Shown in pieces: positions 23,801-34,732 of a stretch of 46,199 bases of DNA. A program made the position numbers and the translations under genes. The stretch lies in the NCBI RefSeq assembly GCF_001194135.2, contig NC_069004.1, positions 32,043,785 through 32,089,983 of the forward strand, written 5' to 3'. The number at the start of each line of letters is the position of its first letter. The stretch's first letter is position 1. The notes below the pieces were generated by a model. It did no database searches. It had not been told where the DNA came from and saw only the letters and a program-made list of their open reading frames with translations. This DNA is from Octopus bimaculoides (lineage: Eukaryota).

Positions 23801-26681
23801 ACACAAACCACAACAACCACTATTGTTGCCACGATAGAGATCACAACTACCACTACGACTACTGTAACCACAACCCTAACCACAATAACAGCAACTATCA
23901 CAACATTTACAACAACCACCAACACTACTACCACCACCACATCCGAGTTATTCAAGCATAAAAAAAAAATTGTTTAAAAAAAATAAAACACAAAACCACA
24001 ATTTAGATGTTTGGTGAAGCGGAAAACAGTTCTAAGACTTAACGACACTTCAGGTCTTCATTACCGCAACACTATTTATAGTATAGACTAACGAAGAACT
24101 AATGGTTCCTATGTCAAGCAGCTGATTGAATTAAATAGTCTGCTTGAAGAGACACATCGTCAATCTGCCAGACATAACTAAACTAATTGACGACCAGAAT
24201 GAATTCTATTCAAACAGACGTAACTAATGTTACACAACTTTACATTTTCCACTCAATTTAATCTCTTTCCCAGTGTTTATATTTTGTACACGCAATCTTT
24301 TTCTTCAGATCATTAGTTCTTCAATCACCTTCAATGGCATGTATACGAAGCTGGCTGACAAAGAAGGTTGTGAGTTCAGTTTGCAGAGAAAAAGATCTGT
24401 CCCAGCACTATCAAGGTATTTTTTACAAGTGTTTTCTTTTTCTATGTGATTTGTCTTTTTTTTTTAGTTGTTTAATCCTCTAGTATTCAAATTACTGTCA
24501 AATGTAATATTTACTTATTCATATTGTTTTTCAACTAATCATTTATCATCTTCTAGCATTAAGATTTCAATGATGTGATTGTATATTTTCAAAATGACAT
24601 TGCAGGTTAAGTGTGAGAGGCAGGACCTCACCAGTCTGAACATATAACAAACAGGATATCTGGGCCGGATATAGCCTGATTAAATGCTAAAGGGTTAAGT
24701 TTATCCCATGTTCATCATGTAGATTAATGCCACACTGCTAAATATCCTAAAATAACATCAAGGCACAAGCATGGCTGAGGGGTAAGGGAGTTTGCTTTTC
24801 AACCATGCGGTTTTGGGTTCAGTCTCATTGTGTGGTACCTTGGGCAAGTGATTTCTACTATAGCTTCAGGCTGAGTAATGATTTGTAAGGGAATTTGGAG
24901 GAAAGAAATTCTACAAATTTGGATGAAAGTAAATACAGGAGGATCAGTTAATTATGATTTTATTCAACATATTCCCTTCTCAGGTTCACACACTTATTGC
25001 AGTGGTCCTTCAGTTTTTCTAAGCCCTGTAAAAGAACTGTGAAGGTTGGGCCTCCAACCAAGCCTTTCGTGATACCCTTACAGCCAGGAACTTTTCAGCA
25101 CAACCTCACTGTCCTCTACATACACTACCATGCACCTCACCCACCAGTACTTCACTGTAATACAGCATTTGCTGTCATACACCACACAAGCATCTCTTTC
25201 ACCTTTTTAACACCCTGAAACCATAGCCTTTTACATTTTCATGTAAACCCTATAAAGGTGTGAAGAGATTTTCAGAGACTGAGATGAAAACAAGACCAGT
25301 TTTCAAACTTGTGGAAGGGGTAGGCCCAGGAAGTCATGGGAAGAGATGGTGACACATGACCTTCAAACATTGGGCCTCATGGACGTAATGATAACTGACC
25401 AAGACCTCTGACGATATGCCATGCTTGGGAAGACCCATCAAGCCAAGTGAAATCATAGTCGTGGCCAAGGCTGGTGTCACATAACTGGCACCCATTACAT
25501 TCTCGGGGTAGTTGGCATTAGGAAGGGCGTCCACACCCGTAGAAACCATGCCAAATCGGACAGGAACCCAGTGTAGCCCTACAGCTTATCAGAGTCAGTC
25601 AAACCATCCAACCCATGCCAGCATAGAAAATGGACGCTAAATGATGAGGACTTGGAACAGATGTGAACTGTGACAGAAAATAAGGGAATTAACATTGTCA
25701 ATGTGGATGGACCCCACATGAAAAAGAACATCTAGAACTGACCCCAGTATTTAATAATAAACAAATACTCACCGTGTGTACATATCTTGAATGGAACTCT
25801 TTTGCCTCCTGAAGGAAACTTAATCCAGGGTGAGTGTCAACAACATCCTGAAAAAGACAGGTAGACAGGCATAAACATATCGATAGACAGGTAGATGGAT
25901 AAAGTGAAGTCAAAAGTGAAGTCAACTTACCTGAACAAAATATACAAAGTCCTCTACTACCAAATATTTACATCCAGGTTTTGCTAATAACCTTACAAAC
26001 TTTGAAGCATCATCATGGCATGTCTGACAGATTCTGAAATTAAAAGAAAAAAAAAAAAACATTAGATTTATTCAAATTTACAATTGTCAATTTAACCCTT
26101 TTGCATTCTGGACTGGGGAAGTCTAGAAATGCTGATGATGGATTTAGGAACTTTCTTATTCCAAACAAACTGCAAAGTAATCATAGACAAAAAATTAAAA
26201 ATAAGCAAGAAAACTGCACAGAGCTGCGTGATAGTGGGGTCAGACATGGCACACAGGACCTTTATATAACTTGTTTGATGTTGCGTTTTTATTCTTTTCT
26301 TTTGTTTTATGAATTTAGTGTGCACATATTGCGTGTTTATACTTCTCTTTCCAGTTCATACTCAAAACTGTTTACAGATCACAACCGTCTCACAAACTTG
26401 CAGTCTTGAGGAGTGCTTTGCACTCTGATGGTTGTGGGAAAAGGTAATAATACAAGAACAGTTGTGTTTTCTATAAAAAACACAAACAAACACACACACA
26501 TTCACCCAAACACGTACAGCACACATGTATACATGACAAACACAGAGACACATTCAGATACCAAACACACACACACACACACACACATACAATTCCATTA
26601 CTAAAAGATGTTTCTCATATTCATAAAAGATTATTTGTAATTTTAAGGAAGGGCTGGACCATTGCAGTTTACTTCTACCAT

Positions 26682-26714
<33 letters not shown>

Positions 26715-28099
26715 GATCTCTATTCTAGCAAGGCAAGAGAAAGCTTATTGTATTTTACCACAACGATGGCTGCCACCACCACCACCACCACCACCATCAC
26801 CCTCACCATCTTCCTTGGAGCCAAACTGGACCAAACATTGCAATGTATTTAAGTTATATTTCAGTTCTTGTGTTCTGATAAGAAAGACAGAGATGATGGA
26901 GGAGGGTTTGCTAATAGAGAGGGGGAGGGGAGAGAGGGGGAGGGGAGAGAGAGAAAGACACACAGAGAGAAAGGTGAGAGAGGGTGAAAGAGTAAGAGAG
27001 AAGGAGCGAGAGAGAATGGGGAGCAAGAGGAGGGGGTTAGAGTGAGAGAGAGGGAAATTGACAGAGAGAGAGAAAGAAAAAGAAAGAGCAACAACAAGAA
27101 AGAGAGAAAATGCAAAAATAAGAAAGAGTGAAAGAAATAGACAGAAAGAAAAGAGAAAGAGAGAGAGAGAGGGAGAGAGAGAGAGAGGGAGAGGGAGAGA
27201 GAGAGGGAGCTGAATGAGGGACAGAGACTGACTGATAGAAACAGTGTAAGACCAGGGAGTGGTGGGGAGGAAGGATTGGTTTACAATACAATGTTCCATT
27301 TGTGTCATTCTATTTCTTCTTCTCAACTACATCTTAACTGTTGTTGCAGAAGAAAAAAACACAAAATGGAGAGCTTTGAAGAACTGATAAACAAACAGAC
27401 AGACAAGAAGACTACGGCTGGCACTAATGATGAAACAAGATAATTAACCCTTTACCGTTGCCAAAAGATAAAACCTATTTACTCGCATTGTTCTGAGTTA
27501 ATCGTACTTTATCTCGTAAACATGAAATTTCAATGATGTGATTGTTTAATTTCAAAATGACAGTGTAGGGTTGATATGAAAGGTTGGATCTGGCCAATTA
27601 CTAAATTACTGAAAGTAAAACAATCCAGTTTTTGTGTATTTCAATTCTGAATCGTTAGCATCATCATCATCATTTAACGTCTGTTTTCCATGTTGGCATG
27701 GGTTGGATGGTTCCAATCTGATTTGGTATGGTGCCCTTCAGCTGGCTGCCCTTCCTAACGTCACCCAATCTAAAGGGTCGTGGGTGCTTTTTTATGTGCC
27801 ACTGGCATAGGTGCCGGTTACAAAACACTGGCATCAGCCACGAATACCTTCTCATTTGGCCTGGCAGGTCTTCTCAAGCACCGTACATTGCCAACGATGA
27901 TGGTGGTGGTGATAGCAATGATGAAAATGATAAAGCAATGATGGTTGGCGATGAGAATGAGAATGACAAAGTGGCAATGAGGAGGAGTCAGAAATGCATG
28001 TACATGTGTGCATATGTGTGTGTGTGTGTGTATGGATTATGTATGTGTGTACATATGCATGTGTGTGTATGCATGTGTGTGTATGCATGAATGTATATG

Positions 28100-28137
<38 letters not shown>

Positions 28138-28513
28138 AAGCAGAGAGAGAAAGAGAAACTAGGTGACCTCAAGTGCTGAGTGTAAGAGTGAGTGAGGGGG
28201 AGAGCAAGGGAGTGAGTGAGTGACAGAGTGAGTGAGTGAATGAATGAAAGCAAGTGAGGGAGAGAGAAACTGGGGAAAGCAGGGAGTGAGAGAGTGAGTG
28301 AAGGAATGAGAGCAAGTGAGTGAGAGAAGCTGTGGGGAGAGTGGGGGGGACGAGTAAGTGGGTGAATGGGAGGGAGAGTGGGGGGATGAGTGAATGAGAG
28401 TGAGTGAGGGAGAGAGTGAATGAGAATCACAAAGTATGTTTACATGGAACAAGTACACACACACACTCACACACACAGTGTAAGAGGAGGGGGTTGATAA
28501 GCACACACACACA

Positions 28514-28549
<36 letters not shown>

Positions 28550-30550
28550 CATGTCACACAGAGTAAACATTGTGCAAATGCATCAGAATGTGCATATGTA
28601 GAATAATCCAGGTGCAGTGACCATTCATTTTTACCTTTCTATAAATACACCTGTCTATCTAATTTATCATTCCCTCTCTCTCTCTCTCTCTAAACACACA
28701 CATACATATGGACACATATCGCACACACATACAGATAAGCACATTTATGCATACACACACATATATACATTATATATACATACACACACACACACAACAC
28801 ATACATTATACATACATACACACACACAACACATATATACATTATATATACATACACACACACAACACATATATACATTATGTATACATACACACACACA
28901 CAACACATACATTATACATACATACACACACACACACAACACATATATACATTATATATACATACACACATACACACACACACATACACATAAATATATA
29001 TATATATACATACACACATAAACATCCATAGCTGTGTTTATGCACTTAAAAGGTTATGTGTAGCGAGAGAGCGATGTTTGCTAGGTGAAGCCGTGAAGCC
29101 AGACGGAGATGTTGAGATAAACAGGTAAACACGTAAACAGATGTGTCACAAGCAAAGAGACTTGCATCATAACAACAACACACAACAACAACACAACAAA
29201 AAACAAACATCTAATAACAACAACAATAATAATAATAATAATTATTATTATATAAGAAAAAACACAACTAAATATAGCAGCAAAACTTAAACGGCACCAC
29301 CCTTATCAGGGTGGATTCACTAACACAAGTCACAGCTACAAATGCTGCTAACCAACAGCTAACCTGGATCTTTTGGGTTTGATGGGCAACATTTTTCATT
29401 AATGTTTTATGTAGTGTTTTTGGTACCGAAACACTTTCAAACTTCGTATATTTGTATATTTTGTATTATAGAACAGATAAAAAATTTTGTATTCGAACTT
29501 ATTTCATGTAAAAAGTTGTCGGTAATTTCAACCAATCACTGACGTCTATTGAGGTGAAAACAATTAATATATCATGAAAATGTGATGGAAAGTATTTAGC
29601 CCCCTGTGGGCAATAAAGAAATAAATAATAATAATAATCCTTCCTATGATAGGGACAAGGCCTGAAATTGGGGGGGGGGCTAATCAATTATGTCGACCCC
29701 AATTCATAACTGGTACTTATTTCATCGCCCCTGAAAGGACGACAGGCAAAGTCGATCGAACTCGGTGGAATTTGAACTCCGACCCTAAGGACAGGCTAAA
29801 CATTTTGCCTGGCGTACTAACGAGTCTGGCATACTAACGAGTTTGGCATACTAACAAGTCTGGCGTACTAATGAGTCTGGCATACTAACGAGTCTGGCGT
29901 ACTGACGAGTCTGGCGTACTGACGAGTCTGGCGTACTGACGAGTCTGCCAGCTCACCGCCTTAATAATAATAATAAAATAATTATTCAGTTTTTCTTTGT
30001 AGCTTTCCACTTTCCAATTAAAAAAAAAAAAATTACATTTAATCAAAGGCCTGGAACCATGCGACACTGAAGCAAACTTCCTATCCTGACAAGGACAGTC
30101 TGTGTGTCTAAGTTAAAAATTCATTATGAAACAGGGCAGAGATCAAAAGTCAAGTGTGGTCTACTTGAGCGACAGACAGCTTTTATTTCACCCAATCCTC
30201 AAATACAGAGCCAACACTATACTCCATACATACTGAGAGGCAAATATGAATGCCTTCACAAGGAATATCTTTATCAAAAAACTTGTTGAGTACAGCAGGA
30301 GACCAGGGTCTGTTTTTAAATACTTTTTCGTTGCAGTAGTGCATGTAAATTAGTGCAGATAAATCGCATCATAGTCTTGCAACATGAATGCAATAGATAT
30401 TTCTCTCGTAAAATTTCATACCCCCAGGGACCAAAGGTAAACAGAGTTTATGAGTTTCCAAGTAGCTTGGAAGATTTTGCCTGTCATTTTTTCTCTCTTT
30501 CATCTACATACACGCAATTTTTCATATACACGTTAATTATGTATGCATAC

Positions 30551-30639
<89 letters not shown>

Positions 30640-30746
30640 TACACACATATATATAGAATTGACATTTGTGTATATGAATATGTGTTTGAATACAAATACA
30701 TGTGCATATGTGTATATATATGTTTGAGTATATATATATATTTATA

Positions 30747-30790
<44 letters not shown>

Positions 30791-30913
30791 GATATATATA
30801 TATACATATATATATATACTTATACACAGACACATACATTTACGTATATAGATATATACATACACATGTATATACACATGTTCACACGCACACGCACACA
30901 TATATATGTATAT

Positions 30914-30948
<35 letters not shown>

Positions 30949-32064
30949 CACACACACACATACACACACTTGTTTTCCAAACAACATATGAACACTGTTA
31001 CAAACTGGTTCAATCTGGCAACATCTAGAGTAAATATGTTAAACTCTCTGAAGGTAAAAACATCACCACGAATACCACCATCACACCACCACCACCACCA
31101 CCACCACCACCACCACCACCACAACAACAACAACAAGTCTAAACAGTTGAAATAGCAACTGAAAAAAATCCAAACTTGTCAAAAATAAAGACTCGCAGCA
31201 AACTGAATTAATAAAAATAGTTTTTTGGATTGTGTCCATCACATACACACAGATATCATTGTGTGTATACAAATCTGTGTGTGTGTGTATATATATATAT
31301 AATAAAGAGAGACAAGCATGGGCATGGCTTTGGTGTAAAGAAGTTCATTTTCCAACAAAATGGTTTTTGGTTTCAGTCCTATTATTTGTTGCTGTGGCCA
31401 AATGTCTCCTGTAATAGCTCAAGGCCAACCAAAGTCTTGTGGGTGGATTTGGTAGATGGTAACTGAAAGAAGCCAGCCATATAAATATGAGTGTGTGTGT
31501 GTGTGTGTTTATGCGATATATATCTAAGTGTGCTGGAATGTTATATTTATTTATTTATATGTATCAAACCAGAAGACTGGAAAAATTTGGTATGTTTTAG
31601 TTCCACGTCACCTGTGTTTCATTACAGGATCGGAGTGAGAATATCCAATCCGTAGTTCTTCAGACGAAGATTCAGAATTAATATTTATGGATAAGAGATT
31701 CTATACATTTTTTCCTACTTGTCTACCTTTGTAACTCCTATCCTGTATTGAAACACAAGTAACAAGGAATTAAAAATAGACAAAATTCTCCAGTTTTCTC
31801 TTCTGATATGTAATTACTCTACAAAAAAGAATTCACATAAAATTTAAATAGCTATGTATATTTTATTCAAAATAATAACCTCTATATACGCAGAAGTGCC
31901 TCTATAGATAGGCGCAGGGGTGGCTGTAGCTTGCTTACTAACCACATGGTTTTGGGTTCAGTCCCACTGCATGGCACCTTGGGCAAGTGTCTTCTACTAT
32001 AGCCTCGGGCCAACCAAAGCCTTGTGAGTGGATTTGGTAGACGGAAACTGAAAGAAGCCCATCG

Positions 32065-32099
<35 letters not shown>

Positions 32100-33555
32100 C
32101 TGTGTTTGTCGCCCCCAACATCGCTTGACAACCGATGCTGGTGTGTTTACGTCCCCGTAACGTAGTGGTTCGGCAAAAGAGACCGATAGAATAAGTACTA
32201 GACTTACAAAGAATAAGTCTTGGGGTCGATTTGCTCGACTAAAGGCGGTGCTCCAGCATGGCCGCAGTCAAATGGCTGAAACAAGTAAAAGGGTAAAAGA
32301 GAGAGAGAATATACATAGATTTGATTAATGTGAAAATGCAGATGTGCCTCACAAGGACAAAGCTTGGATAATAACCGACAGAAACTATGCAGGTCCCTCA
32401 GGGGACATTCAGATACACCAAGTGAGGATAAAAACCAAGTCTAGTAAAATTATCTCTAACTTGAGCATCACCGACATTTGTTATTGCTAGCTGGCACTGA
32501 GAGCCGATCTAAGATTTAATTCAGTAACCGCCAGGACTATCCGCTGCTCTGGCGGTGATCCCGCTTGGATGGTGCTGATAGCGCTCCACTGGCACGGGTG
32601 CCACTCATTAAATTTGGTTCAGTTTCGATCTCACTTGCTTCAACAGGTCTTCGCAAGCTGAGTTTAGTGTCCAATGAAGGAAGGTTGGCATGGGTGCCAG
32701 TCATCGAATTTGGTTCAATTTTGATCATAATAGTATAATAATAGTGCCGGTGGCATGTAAAAACCACCCACTACACTCTCGGAGTGGTTGGCGTTAGGAA
32801 GGGCATCCAGCTGTAGAAACACTGCCAGATCAGATTGGAGCCTGGTGCAGCCTCCTGGCTTCCCAGACCCCGGTCAAACCATCCAACCCATGCTAGCATG
32901 GAAAGCGGACGTTAAATGATGAGGATGATTACTATTATTATTATTATCATCACTATTATTATAATTATTATTATTATAATTATTATTATTATAATTATAA
33001 TTACTATTATAATTATTATTACTATCATAATTATTATTATTACTACTATAATTATTACTATTATTATAATTATTATTAGTATTACTATTGTAATTATTAT
33101 TACTATTATAATTATAATTATTACTGTTATAATTATTATTATTACTATTACTATTATAATTATTATTATAATTATTACTATTATTATTATTAGTTATTAC
33201 TATTGTTATTATTATTAGTTTCTTATTAATGTCAGTTTTGTTTTTATAATATTTTTCATTTTTTTTTTTTGGCTTTTTGTTGTGTTTTTTTTACCAAAAT
33301 TAAATTTAGCTGAAGAAGATAAAGTAGATGTGTGTGTATGCGTGTGTATGCGTGCGTGTGTGTGTGTGTTTGGCAGAAAGCCAGGAATGGAACCGACAAA
33401 CAGGTATCACAAATAGAAAAGTTCAAGCTAGAACACCAGAAGTAGAACTTCATGAAATGGTAATCAAAGACTTTCAACGCTAAAAACCAGTCCAAACATC
33501 GTTCCATTTTCTTGTTTATTTTTTGTTTTGTTTTTTATTTATTCCTAGATTTTTT

Positions 33556-33605
<50 letters not shown>

Positions 33606-34023
33606 AGATATTTTATAAGCAAAAATAAATGTAAAACAAACAAACAGAAAAGTAAATAATATGCTGGTTGGCTAAATGGGCCGACACCGAAACTCTGCAG
33701 CTGTAGGAAGATGGTAAGAACTACAAGACAGAAGTTGCCATTGGTATGTTGTAGAAATTTGGTAAGTTCGTGTGGTACCCAAACTCACCACTCTATGAGC
33801 TAGGCCACCCTTGGTTTTAGGAAGACATCCTTCTATTTTGCTTTATATATATATGTATGTATATGTGTGTGTGTGTGTGTATATATATATATACATATAT
33901 TTATATATGTGTGAGAATATACATATCTATATATATGTGTGTATCTATATATATATATATACACATATATAAATATATATATGTATACACATATGTATGT
34001 ATATATGTATACATCTACATATG

Positions 34024-34077
<54 letters not shown>

Positions 34078-34684
34078 CAAATAATAAATGAGTATATGCA
34101 TATATACGTACAAGTATGTGCATACCTGCATCTACCTGTATATATAGGTGCATATCTGGGTACAGGACATTGCAAACAAAACGTAGACAAAAAATAATAA
34201 TAAGCAGAGTACAGAAAACACACAGGCCACATAGAGAACATTTTCCTTCATCAGCTGCCCCCATTCTAACACAGGCGTTTCGAAGAGTTATATATATATA
34301 TATATGCATAAGTATGTATATGTGTGTGTGTATATATGTATATACACACACACATATAAGTAAGCATATCAATGCAAAACAAGGTGAAAAGAAAGAGTAC
34401 TGAAATAGCAAAGACGGAGTAATATGCTGTTTATTGGAGCCAAAAAATATCTCCACAAACTCTTACTCAGAGTTTCTCATTACTGTTTGTCGGAGAGTTC
34501 CTAGGCATGGCTGTGTGGTAAGGAGGTTGCTTCCCAACCGCATGGTTCTAAGTTCAGTCCCACTGCGTGGCACCTTGGGCACGTGTGTTCTGTTATAACC
34601 TCGGGTCAACCAAAGCCTTGTGAGTGGATCTGGTAGATGGAAACTAAAGGAAGCCCATCATACATACACACATATATATATATA

Positions 34685-34732
<48 letters not shown>

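Noticed and set aside
22960-23945. Mucin-like Thr-rich coding exon on +
   Set aside because: Degenerate trinucleotide repeat with frequent stops and no credible splice context
33256-33507. [28 protein letters not shown] as an alternative first exon of PPP2R3
   Set aside because: No recognisable homology and no donor in a phase compatible with the 26033 exon; runs into a CA repeat
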